Assembly (NCBI GenBank): GCA_048938005.1
Contig: JBHLMQ010000026.1
Coordinates: 1-42,847, forward strand
Reading direction: 5' to 3'
Source: Promethearchaeota archaeon
GTDB lineage: Archaea; Asgardarchaeota; Lokiarchaeia; Sigyniarchaeales; SOKP01
Length of the DNA stretch: 42,847 nt
Part shown: positions 28,899-37,355 of the stretch, one piece after another
How the letters are laid out: every line of letters starts with the position of its first letter
Position numbering within the stretch: position 1 is the stretch's first letter
Position numbers and translations under genes: made by a program
Notes under the pieces: model-generated
The model's input: the letters and a program-made list of their open reading frames with translations, nothing else
Told to the model about the DNA's origin: nothing
Databases searched by the model: none

Positions 28899-29645
28899 TT
28901 ATGTTTGTTTGACTTTTTTGTACAATTCTGTCTTTAGCTCTTCAATTAATCTTACTTTAATTGATCCATTATTTCTATCATAACCTTCGCATACAACTGA
29001 TCTTACTCCTATTATATCCGGGCCAATATAATTTATTGAGGAGATATCTTTTTTCCTTAAATTTCCAGCTAAAGCTACTTTGAGATCTAAGTCTTTTGCT
29101 TTATTTTTAAATTGAATCAATTGAGGTGTTGTTAAGAAATCGAATAATCCCATTTTATCTTTAATATATGTATCAAGCATAGCAATATCTGAACCGGATT
29201 CAGATGCAATAGTAGGGATACTCATAAATTCTGGAGATGAATTCATTCTTATTCGATCGGCATATCCCGCGGCAACTATTTTTATATTATTATTGTATTC
29301 TTTTACTGCTTTGACAACTTTTTGCATTAATTTTATTGCCGTTTTCTCGTCTTTAGGGCCTTTTAATCCAACTTTTATTATATCTGCACCTGATACAGCC
29401 GCTCCTAAAGCCGCTAACGAGGCAGAACCAGGTAGATTTGGAAAATCACCAATTGTAGCACTCAATAATTGAGAACTATCAGAAGGAATTAAACTCTTCA
29501 TTTCTTTAATAATCCACGGAAAATTTGCTCCTAATGACCCCTCATCTGGATTTTTACAATCAATATAATCTACTTGATTTGCAATAACAATTTTCGCTTC
29601 TTCAATCGTTCTAGGGCTAATTAAAAGTCTGATTTTATGGGACAT
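28899..29645 (-). CDS. mfnB: (5-formylfuran-3-yl)methyl phosphate synthase (methanofuran pathway)
   Basis: LLISP, IDCKNP.EGSLGA, SATIGD, IKVGL, MLDT..KD, LAG, GVR..VC. Confidence 0.93.
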   Translation of the reverse strand: MSHKIRLLISPRTIEEAKIVIANQVDYIDCKNPDEGSLGANFPWIIKEMKSLIPSDSSQLLSATIGDFPNLPGSASLAALGAAVSGADIIKVGLKGPKDEKTAIKLMQKVVKAVKEYNNNIKIVAAGYADRIRMNSSPEFMSIPTIASESGSDIAMLDTYIKDKMGLFDFLTTPQLIQFKNKAKDLDLKVALAGNLRKKDISSINYIGPDIIGVRSVVCEGYDRNNGSIKVRLIEELKTELYKKVKQT

Positions 29646-29882
29646 TGTGTATCATATATAATGTAAAAATATTAAAAAACTTATTTAGGATTTAAATTTA
29701 GAAATTTAACTCATTTTGATTAATTAACGAGATTAATACCGATATTTTTCCGACGATTTTAAAATTATTATTAAGAGAAAGATCAATCGAGTAAATCCAA
29801 AATATTTATTTTTGTATAATTTTATATAAAAATTTAAATTAATACGTTTTTATTAAATATAAAAAAAGATAGAGAGTTTATT

Positions 29883-30410
29883 ATGTCACCTAAGGAAATC
29901 ACAAAAGTGGATATTACAGATGAAGTATTTAAAGAACCAATAGAAGTAGTTAAACAATTATCTTCACATTTAGGCTTAAAATACACTAAAGTTATACAAA
30001 CTTATGTTATGGAGGATCGAAGACTGAATTTATCATTAGAGGATCAAGGATCAAGTTATTTTAAAGGTAAAGTAGTCTGGATTGGGAATAAAAAGGATGA
30101 TACAGAAGGATCCATATTTTGCGTCGATACAAGAGATGAATTAAAGCAAATTAATCCAACTGCTGAGAATACCGATAACATAACTTTAGATATTAAAAAA
30201 GAATTAATAAAAATAGCTACTGCATCAAAAACCAAATGCTCTGTATGTGGAAAAAATATTGAAATTTTTGATGAAGTAACTGGGTGTCCCATTTGCGAAG
30301 CAAAAGCCCATAAAGAGCATTTAACAGATTGGGTTAGAATGAAACATACTTGTCCCGTATGTAAAAAATCTTTAAATGTTTCGAGTACTGGTGTAATTTT
30401 TATAGATTAA
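29883..30410 (+). CDS. Protein with C-terminal RING-type zinc finger
   Basis: CSVC...CPIC....HKEH..DW......CPVC. Confidence 0.78.
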   Translation: MSPKEITKVDITDEVFKEPIEVVKQLSSHLGLKYTKVIQTYVMEDRRLNLSLEDQGSSYFKGKVVWIGNKKDDTEGSIFCVDTRDELKQINPTAENTDNITLDIKKELIKIATASKTKCSVCGKNIEIFDEVTGCPICEAKAHKEHLTDWVRMKHTCPVCKKSLNVSSTGVIFID

Positions 30411-30420
30411 ATTATATAAT

Positions 30421-31212
30421 TTAGGGAAAATTTTTTAATTCTTTAATATTAATCGTTCCATCATACAAAGCTGTTGCTATAAGGACTCCAGAGAAATTTT
30501 TTTGTTTATATTTTAAAAGATCTCTATAATTTTTTATCCCTCCACCTACAAAAACATTTCCATTAAAATTATCTAAAATATCAAGATAAAGCGGGGGAAT
30601 TCCTCCAATTTTCTGACCTACTCTATACAAGTCTAAAAGAATAATAGTTTTAATACCAAGAGATTCAATTTTCTTTATAAGCATAATTGGATTTTGATTT
30701 TTAATATCCTTGGCGTTTGATAAAATTTGTCCTTTAAACATATCAATACTAATAATTATATTATCCTGATTTAAAACTTCTAGACTTTGGCTAATTAATT
30801 TGAAATTTTTAATAGTTTCTAATCCTAAAATCAAACTTTTAATTTTGAATTTAGAAAATTGTAGAAGATCTTTCAAGTCGGTAATTCCAGGATCCACTAT
30901 TACATCTATATCTGAAATTTCTAAAATCTCGTTTAATATTTGAAAATTAGGTGCTTTCTTTAAAATTGAATCTAAATCTGCTATATAAAATTCATTAAAA
31001 TTAAATTTTCTTTTTATGATTCTAATGATTTCTACGGGATTAGATGATTGAAATAAATAAGACTTTAAAGGCTTATACCTATTTCTTTCTCCCTTTTTAG
31101 CATGAACTACATTAGAATTTAATATATCTATTACTGGTACGATTTTAAATCTTGTCATATACAACAATAGAAATTGATTAAATTGAATTCTTACATTCAA
31201 TTTAAATATCAA
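30421..31212 (-). CDS. HisA/HisF-related TIM-barrel protein (C1-cofactor associated family)
   Basis: IVPVIDI...VVHA..G.R..Y.P, YIADLD, LDL.RVG, VGGGI. Probable start MTRFK (about 31158). Confidence 0.85.
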   Translation of the reverse strand: MIFKLNVRIQFNQFLLLYMTRFKIVPVIDILNSNVVHAKKGERNRYKPLKSYLFQSSNPVEIIRIIKRKFNFNEFYIADLDSILKKAPNFQILNEILEISDIDVIVDPGITDLKDLLQFSKFKIKSLILGLETIKNFKLISQSLEVLNQDNIIISIDMFKGQILSNAKDIKNQNPIMLIKKIESLGIKTIILLDLYRVGQKIGGIPPLYLDILDNFNGNVFVGGGIKNYRDLLKYKQKNFSGVLIATALYDGTINIKELKNFP

Positions 31213-31376
31213 TTATCTCCTACTAATGGAGTCAATTAAATTAATTTGAAAAATTACCTTTATTTAATACTCTTTAATTTTAAAAGAATATCTTTTTTTA
31301 ATTACAATTAAATAATTTTTTTTTTAAATAATCCCTACTAAAATATTTTTAAAAATCGAGCAACTTTTTAATTATT

Positions 31377-33101
31377 GTGATTGAAATGAAAACTGAGGTT
31401 TATGTTAATAAAATTATTGAGGATACTGGTTTAACAAGAATGGAGATTCAGAATTTAGTTGAAGATAAAAAAAATGAGTTAAAAGGTTTAATTTCTGATG
31501 AAGGTGCTTTGTTTATCATAGCTAAAGAGTTGGGTGTTGACATAAAAAATGAAAATAAAGATCTTTTAAAAGATATTGAAATTTTTATTTCTGACATCAC
31601 TCAAAATATGAAAAACATAACAATATTTGGTAGAATCAAAGATGTTTATAATCTTAATAGTTTTAAAAAAAATGATGGAAGTAAGGGTTTTGTAGGCTCT
31701 TTTCTATTACATGATGCTACTGGAGATGCTCGAGTTGTAATTTGGGATGATCAAGTGAAGATTTTTAAAGAACCTAATTTCGAGAAAAATGAACTTGTCA
31801 AAATTATTAATGGTATTGGGAAAAAAGGAAAATTTGGCGATACTGAAATACATGTGGGTAGATATGGAAAAGTTATTTTATCTCCTGATGATGCTGACTA
31901 CAAAAAATATCCTAAAATTACATTTAAATCAGTAAATATAAATGATATTAATTTAAATCTTAAATCTATATCAATAGAAGGAAAAATAATTCAAATATCC
32001 CCTAAAAGAGAGTTTATTAGAAAAGATGGCGAATTTGGAAATGTTATCTCTTTAACATTATTAGATTCTACCGGATCAATAAGAATTACCTTTTGGAATG
32101 AAGATACAGAAAAATTAAGTAATGTGAAAATTGATAGCTTCGTCTCAATTACTAATTTAAATCCTCGATTGAGTACTTTAGATTCAAAAACAATTGATCT
32201 AAATGCAACTAAAAATACAGTTATCACTAAGAAAGATAAAAAACTGGATATTAAAGGAAAATTTATAAACAATATAAAAGTACTTCAGAATACTCAAGGA
32301 GTTGTCTCATTTAAGGGAATTATAACTTCCATTGATAATATAAAAAATGTATCTTTAAAATCTGGTGAAAACGTTTCTTTATTAGGTTTTATTGTCAGTG
32401 ATAATACTGATGGTATTAGAGTAACCGTATGGCGTGAAAAAGCAGAGGAATATTTAAATTTATTAACTGTTGGACAAGGTTTATCATTAAAAAATGTATT
32501 ACTCAAATATAGTAATTTCTCAAATAGAAATGAAATATCTCTAATTAATGAGTCAATAGTAGAGTTAAAAGAGCTAGAAATAAAGAACCTTAAAAGCATT
32601 GATTTAACTAAGAAAGAGAGACCCACTTATTTTTCAGGGAATTATGATAAAATCAATACAATTGAAGCTCCAAACAATATAGAAATAAAAGGATTCATTG
32701 CCAAAGATCTTAATAATATAACTGTTTATGAAGCATGCAAAAATTGTTTTAAGAAAGTTGAAAATTGTACCTGTGGCAAAGGAGAAAATACTGAATTTCG
32801 GATGATCATTAATCTTATTATTGATGATGGAACTGGAACAATAAGAACTACTTTTATGGGAGATCTAGCAGAGAAATTAATAGGTGTAGAAACATATAAA
32901 ATTGTACAACTAAAAGAAACACCTGAATTTGAGAAATTTCTAGAAAAAAAATCATCCGAATTTTTAGGTAAAGATATTATTATAAAGGGTAGAGCAAAAT
33001 TTAGTGATTATACAAATATGTATGAGATATCTGCATATGATTTTAAAGATATTGATGTCGATGATGAACTAGAAAGTGTAATGAAAAAGATCGAAATCTA
33101 A
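31377..33101 (+). CDS. Replication protein A large subunit (RPA1-like; several OB folds plus zinc finger)
   Basis: N-terminal GLIS.EGAL..IAKELG, repeated D.TG.IR...W OB folds, YEAC..C.KK...C.C, DDGTG. Confidence 0.9.
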   Translation: MIEMKTEVYVNKIIEDTGLTRMEIQNLVEDKKNELKGLISDEGALFIIAKELGVDIKNENKDLLKDIEIFISDITQNMKNITIFGRIKDVYNLNSFKKNDGSKGFVGSFLLHDATGDARVVIWDDQVKIFKEPNFEKNELVKIINGIGKKGKFGDTEIHVGRYGKVILSPDDADYKKYPKITFKSVNINDINLNLKSISIEGKIIQISPKREFIRKDGEFGNVISLTLLDSTGSIRITFWNEDTEKLSNVKIDSFVSITNLNPRLSTLDSKTIDLNATKNTVITKKDKKLDIKGKFINNIKVLQNTQGVVSFKGIITSIDNIKNVSLKSGENVSLLGFIVSDNTDGIRVTVWREKAEEYLNLLTVGQGLSLKNVLLKYSNFSNRNEISLINESIVELKELEIKNLKSIDLTKKERPTYFSGNYDKINTIEAPNNIEIKGFIAKDLNNITVYEACKNCFKKVENCTCGKGENTEFRMIINLIIDDGTGTIRTTFMGDLAEKLIGVETYKIVQLKETPEFEKFLEKKSSEFLGKDIIIKGRAKFSDYTNMYEISAYDFKDIDVDDELESVMKKIEI

Positions 33102-33176
33102 TTTATCATTGTTTTTTAACAATAATAAAGAAATTTTAATAACGAAAAAGATTTGATTTTTTATTTGAAATTTCTT

Positions 33177-33617
33177 TTATTGAGAGATTAGACATATACT
33201 ACTATAACTATCAGGGTTCTTAATAATATCATTATAAGTTTCTATCACTTTTTCTCCTGTTATTTCTTCAAGATTAGTATTGAATGGCCAAATCCCTATA
33301 ATAATATCACCAAAATTCTTCACATTTCCAATCAAATATCCTTTTTTCTTCCCATTTGATTTAATTGTAAATAAAATTACGAGATAATAATTATACGTAT
33401 AATCGACTGTTGGATTTCCAATTGTAAGAACTTCTTCAATATTTTGAAAATTAATTATATGTTGATTAATTTCACTTAATTTTTTTAACTCTAAGATAAA
33501 TTTAGGAGGAATAGATATTGGTTTTTTAATATTCAAGTTTTTAAAACTTAAGGTGATATTTTTATTTTCAAATTGCTCGTGCGCTTGAAAAATTACTTTA
33601 TAGATAATAGAATCCAT
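33177..33617 (-). CDS. Hypothetical protein
   Basis: 146-aa ATG-initiated ORF with host-like composition; no recognised motif. Confidence 0.65.
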   Translation of the reverse strand: MDSIIYKVIFQAHEQFENKNITLSFKNLNIKKPISIPPKFILELKKLSEINQHIINFQNIEEVLTIGNPTVDYTYNYYLVILFTIKSNGKKKGYLIGNVKNFGDIIIGIWPFNTNLEEITGEKVIETYNDIIKNPDSYSSICLISQ

Positions 33618-33714
33618 AGATATTTTTTTAAATTAAATTTTTTTGTTAATTTATCTAATACTAAAGTTTTCCGCCTTTTTAAACGTATATATTTGTTTAT
33701 AGGTTTTTCAGAGA

Positions 33715-34032
33715 TTATTCTTGTATTAGTATGTTTTCTTCTGGGAATCCAAGGTCAATTAAGAATTTTTTCATTTTGAATCGATGATCTCCCTGAAGCT
33801 CAACTTCATTATTTCTAACAGTTCCTCCAGAAGCGCACTTCTTTTTTGCTTTTGTTAATATATTTTTTAGGTTCACATCGAAATTTCCTACGAACCTAAC
33901 AACAGTAACAACCCTCCCCCATTTCCTTGTATCGTTTGAAATTATTATTTGTTGCTCATCGGCACTTAAACTATCACATATACATAGTTCTTTCGGAAAA
34001 CTACATATAGGACAAATTTCGTCGTCTTTAAT
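33715..34032 (-). CDS. sui1: Translation initiation factor aIF1 (SUI1), 105 codons, apparent ATT start; absent from the ORF track
   Basis: Manual translation (I/M)KDDEICPICSFPKELCICD...RKWGRVVTVV...KKKCASGGTV...VELQGDHR...LGF...IQE*. In-frame TAA at 34039-34041 just upstream. Confidence 0.95.
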   Translation of the reverse strand: MKDDEICPICSFPKELCICDSLSADEQQIIISNDTRKWGRVVTVVRFVGNFDVNLKNILTKAKKKCASGGTVRNNEVELQGDHRFKMKKFLIDLGFPEENILIQE

Positions 34033-34040
34033 GCTCTCTT

Positions 34041-34050
34041 ATCACAACCT
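34041..34050 (-). promoter_or_regulatory. Shine-Dalgarno motif of aIF1
   Basis: AGGTTGTGAT matches AGGAGGTGAT, the complement of the 16S 3' tail in this window, at 8 of 10 positions and ends 8 nt before the ATT. Confidence 0.7.
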
Positions 34051-34424
34051 TTATTGTTAAAACTTTTAAAATTTAGATCTAAAAAATAATAGAATAAAAT
34101 CTTATAAAAATCTTTTTCATTTTAGAAAGAAACTTTTATAAAATAATACTTATTCATTTGAAAAGATTTTTCACTTCAAAATTTTAGAAAATAAAAATTT
34201 TGACTTATAATTAGTTACATTATTTAAAAAAAATGAATGAAAATAGCGGGATCAATAAGCAAAAAGTGCTTATTAACAATTTTTTTTCAAAAATCCAAAA
34301 TTTCAAAAGTAGGTTTTTTAAAATCTTGAAATGATTTTCTTAACAAAAAATATTTAAAGAAAAATTTTTATTATTTATAAATAAGCTTATTCTTTATGTT
34401 GGAATAATTATGTGATCCATTAAA

Positions 34425-34952
34425 ATGCAGGGCTCATGGATTTTTAAAGTAATTGTAGCTGGTGCGGGCGGTGTAGGAAAAACCGCAATGGTTACTCGGT
34501 ATTGTACTGGAAAGTTTGAGGAAGGCTACAAAATGACGATAGGAGCAGGATTTCATACGAAGTCTGAAACACTTGATACTGGTGAAGCCGTGAAGATGCA
34601 ACTTTGGGATTTCGCCGGAGAAAAACGATTCCGCGAACTCTTACCTGATTACTGTAAAGGTGCTAGTGGTGCATTTATATGTTTTGACATTAGTGATTAT
34701 GATACTTTTAGAGAGATCCCTGAATGGTTAAAGATTGTTCGCCAAAAAGCAGGTTTTGTGCCTATAATTCTTATGGGAATGAAATGGGATCTGGAGAATC
34801 ATGAAGTTAATTTTAATATAGCTAATGATTATGCTATAAAAGCTAAATGTAACCAATGTGTGTTTTGTTCTTCAAAAGATAACATTAATATCAACGAATC
34901 TTTTCACGCTATGGCTAAATGGTTAATATATTATGCAACTCAGGTGGATTAA
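34425..34952 (+). CDS. Ras/Rab-superfamily small GTPase
   Basis: G1 GAGGVGKT, G2 TIG, G3 WDFAGE, G4 MKWD, G5 SSK; no C-terminal prenylation motif. Confidence 0.92.
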   Translation: MQGSWIFKVIVAGAGGVGKTAMVTRYCTGKFEEGYKMTIGAGFHTKSETLDTGEAVKMQLWDFAGEKRFRELLPDYCKGASGAFICFDISDYDTFREIPEWLKIVRQKAGFVPIILMGMKWDLENHEVNFNIANDYAIKAKCNQCVFCSSKDNININESFHAMAKWLIYYATQVD

Positions 34953-35062
34953 AAATAAAATTAGAATTTTTTCTATACTCATAAATTTAATCATCCTTTA
35001 TAGAGAAAAAGCTAAATACTATATTTAATAAAATAATATATTAAAAAAATTATCATTATCGT

Positions 35063-35167
35063 GCCTCCGTAGCTCAGCTAGGTAGAGCACCCGGCTGTTA
35101 ACCGGGCGGTCGCATGTTCGATTTCATTGTTCAATCTCTGATCAAGACGATAACCATGCCGGGGGCG
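35063..35167 (+). tRNA. tRNA-Asn(GUU) with 31-nt T-loop intron at 59/60 (35123-35153)
   Basis: GCCTCCG/CGGGGGC acceptor, CCCGG-CTGTTAA-CCGGG anticodon arm, GCATG/CATGC T-stem interrupted by the insert. Confidence 0.93.
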
Positions 35168-35243
35168 CTTTTTTACTATATAGATTAAAAATTTTTTCTT
35201 TAGATTTTTAAAATATAATAGATAAAAGAAATAATTTATTTTA

Positions 35244-35348
35244 TGCTCCCGCCGGGATTCGAACCCGGGTCGGCGGGGTGAAGGCCCGCAATGCCAAGCC
35301 CTTTCCTTATTATATAAAGAAAAATTGGCCGGACTACACTACGGGAGC
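35244..35348 (-). tRNA. tRNA-Glu(UUC) with 30-nt D-loop intron (35295-35324)
   Basis: GCTCCCG/CGGGAGC acceptor, GCGGG-CCTTCAC-CCCGC anticodon arm, CCGGG-TTCGAAT-CCCGG T arm, GGCC/GGCT BHB helix. Confidence 0.88.
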
Positions 35349-35483
35349 AGATTATGTTTAAATATATAACGGGATAATAGTTTTTTAAAACCTTCGATTT
35401 GTAAGATTTTGTTTAACTATTATTTAGTTGGAATTTTGTAATTAACTTTGCGTTAAAAATTTTATGAATAAAAGTCTTAATAA

Positions 35484-35601
35484 TGCGGGAAGGGAGATTT
35501 GAACTCCCGAACTCCTACGAGAATGGATTCTAAGTCCACCGCCTATTGTCGACTCTCGATTAAGCATGATCTAATCTTTGACCAGACTTGGCAATTCCCG
35601 C
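35484..35601 (-). tRNA. tRNA-Leu(UAG) with 33-nt D-loop intron (35545-35577)
   Basis: GCGGGAA/TTCCCGC acceptor, GTGGA-CTTAGAA-TCCAT anticodon arm, long variable arm; 85 nt after intron removal. Confidence 0.92.
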
Positions 35602-35716
35602 GATTTAATGTTATAAAATAGCTTTATTACATAATTAAAATACCTCAAAAGTAAAAAAATTTTTTATCTTAGAATTAAAACATAAATACGATTGAATTAA
35701 AAGATAAAAATTTATT

Positions 35717-35783
35717 ATTATACATAATACAAAAATTATACATAATACAAAAAAATATATTTTTAAGATTAATACAAAAAAAT
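35717..35783. repeat. 18-nt tandem duplication plus partial third copy
   Basis: ATTATACATAATACAAAA at 35717-35734 and 35735-35752; TAATACAAAAAAAT again at 35770-35783. Confidence 0.7.
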
Positions 35784-35784
35784 C

Positions 35785-36795
35785 TTGGTTTCTTTAATGA
35801 GCGTAAGAGAATCCTTAATAAAACATTTGACTTCTATCCTACGAGCATCAGAAGGCACTATTTTAGTGGTTCTATGCGATCAGAATGGTCTTTCTATAGC
35901 AAAAATAGGTAGAAAAAGTGAGATCGATTTAAATCCAAATCAAATTACAAGTTTAGCAGCAGCAGCTTTTTCTGCAAGCGAAGAAAATTGGGAAGATTTG
36001 AATATTAAAGACCAAGTTATTTCATTTTCATATTTTGATAAAGTTTGTTTAGCAACCATTAGAATTAATGAAACACTTATGACTATAGTGCACGATTATC
36101 ATAAAGAATGGCCTTTAGATGCAGATAATTTAGCAACGGCAATGTATTATTTAAAACAAAAATTAGGAGAATTTTTTGGAACTAAAGATGAATCTGAAAG
36201 AGAAATAGAAATTTTTTGTGATAAAGTTCGTAGTGCGATTTATCTTTTTGGGATGGGTTCAGAGGTTCCATTTGTATCATACAAACCTGAGATTCTTGAA
36301 CCTTCAAATTTATTATCCTCAATAAGTACAGTTTTAGATTCAGTTCAGAATCCAATTTTTATTAGATATAGTCTAGTTAGCCCTTCTGGTTTGACTTTAG
36401 ATGCGAGAGAGGTAAGTGGACAAGATTTACCTATAACAATTGAAGCATTCTCCGCAAATGCTAATGTAGCTTTTCAAAAAATGAAGGAAGAATCCGAAGG
36501 GAGTTCAATTGGAGATTTATTGTGTTATATTGCCATTTCTGGTCAAAAAACAGAAAATTTTTACGGTCTAATTACATGTCCCTCAGGTAAGATTAAATTC
36601 TCTATAATAGAAGAAACATCGAATACTGAGGATATTTCTTTTATAGGATTATTTACATTAACATATGGAGGAATACCGGTTATTTGTGAATCAAGAAACA
36701 TTATTTATTCAATATTGCAAATAATAGGTGAAGAAAAAACAACTGAAAATTTTATAAAATCTGTGAATGTTCTTACAAGTTTTAAATATGATTAA
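35785..36795 (+). CDS. Tandem Roadblock/LC7-like domain protein
   Basis: Two segments with the roadblock pattern: VVLCDQNGLSIA...ITSLAAAAFSASE and SLVSPSGLTLD...FSANANVAF. Likely start ATG 35797. Confidence 0.72.
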   Translation: MVSLMSVRESLIKHLTSILRASEGTILVVLCDQNGLSIAKIGRKSEIDLNPNQITSLAAAAFSASEENWEDLNIKDQVISFSYFDKVCLATIRINETLMTIVHDYHKEWPLDADNLATAMYYLKQKLGEFFGTKDESEREIEIFCDKVRSAIYLFGMGSEVPFVSYKPEILEPSNLLSSISTVLDSVQNPIFIRYSLVSPSGLTLDAREVSGQDLPITIEAFSANANVAFQKMKEESEGSSIGDLLCYIAISGQKTENFYGLITCPSGKIKFSIIEETSNTEDISFIGLFTLTYGGIPVICESRNIIYSILQIIGEEKTTENFIKSVNVLTSFKYD

Positions 36796-36859
36796 TAACA
36801 ACTAAATTATTTTATTTGTGGAAAATTTTGTTTAAAAGATCTTTTTTGAAAATCTAATA

Positions 36860-37321
36860 ATGCCTATTTCCAATCCAGCAAAAGAAGTACCGAAATTGTT
36901 TTGTTTTCATTATAGAGAATGTAATCCGAAAAAATGTACAGCATTTAAATTAAGCAAACTTCACCTTATAGAAATAATAAACAATGTTAAAGGAATATTG
37001 AAGAATTCTATTATTTTAAATCCATTTGCTCGAAAAGAATTATCTCATAATGATAGAAATACAATTCTACGATATGGATTAACTGTTATCGACTGTTCAT
37101 GGAACAATATTATGGTTTTAAAGAAATTTGATTTTAAAAATTCCCGTAAATTACCTCGCTTAATTGCTGTTAATCCAACAAATTATGGGAAATGGGAAAA
37201 ACTAAGTTCTGCAGAAGCATTAGCAGGTGCACTCTTTATTACTAATTTTATTGATTATGCTACCTTAATCCTTTCTAAATTTTCATGGGGTAGCCAATTC
37301 AAGGATTTAAACAAATTTTAA
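36860..37321 (+). CDS. tsr3: 16S rRNA aminocarboxypropyltransferase Tsr3 (DUF367)
   Basis: ECNPKKCTA.KL, IDCSW, RKLP.LIA.NP.NYG...KLSSAEA, FSWG..F..LN. Confidence 0.93.
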   Translation: MPISNPAKEVPKLFCFHYRECNPKKCTAFKLSKLHLIEIINNVKGILKNSIILNPFARKELSHNDRNTILRYGLTVIDCSWNNIMVLKKFDFKNSRKLPRLIAVNPTNYGKWEKLSSAEALAGALFITNFIDYATLILSKFSWGSQFKDLNKF

Positions 37322-37355
37322 AAAAAAGTAATAAAAATAAAAATCAAAAATTAAT

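Noticed and set aside
33715-34032. aIF1 as a pseudogene that lost its start codon
   Set aside because: The frame is intact with all conserved motifs and a well-placed SD, so a non-AUG start is more parsimonious, although a sequencing error remains possible.
34051-34424. Long AT-rich intergenic region as a replication origin
   Set aside because: No ORB-like repeats and no adjacent cdc6/orc1; adequately explained as a divergent promoter region.
35244-35348. Reading the tRNA as UCA (Sec or opal suppressor) because CT-TCA occurs in the loop
   Set aside because: The anticodon stem pairs only with TTC centred; there is no long variable arm or extended acceptor stem, and the body is Glu-like.
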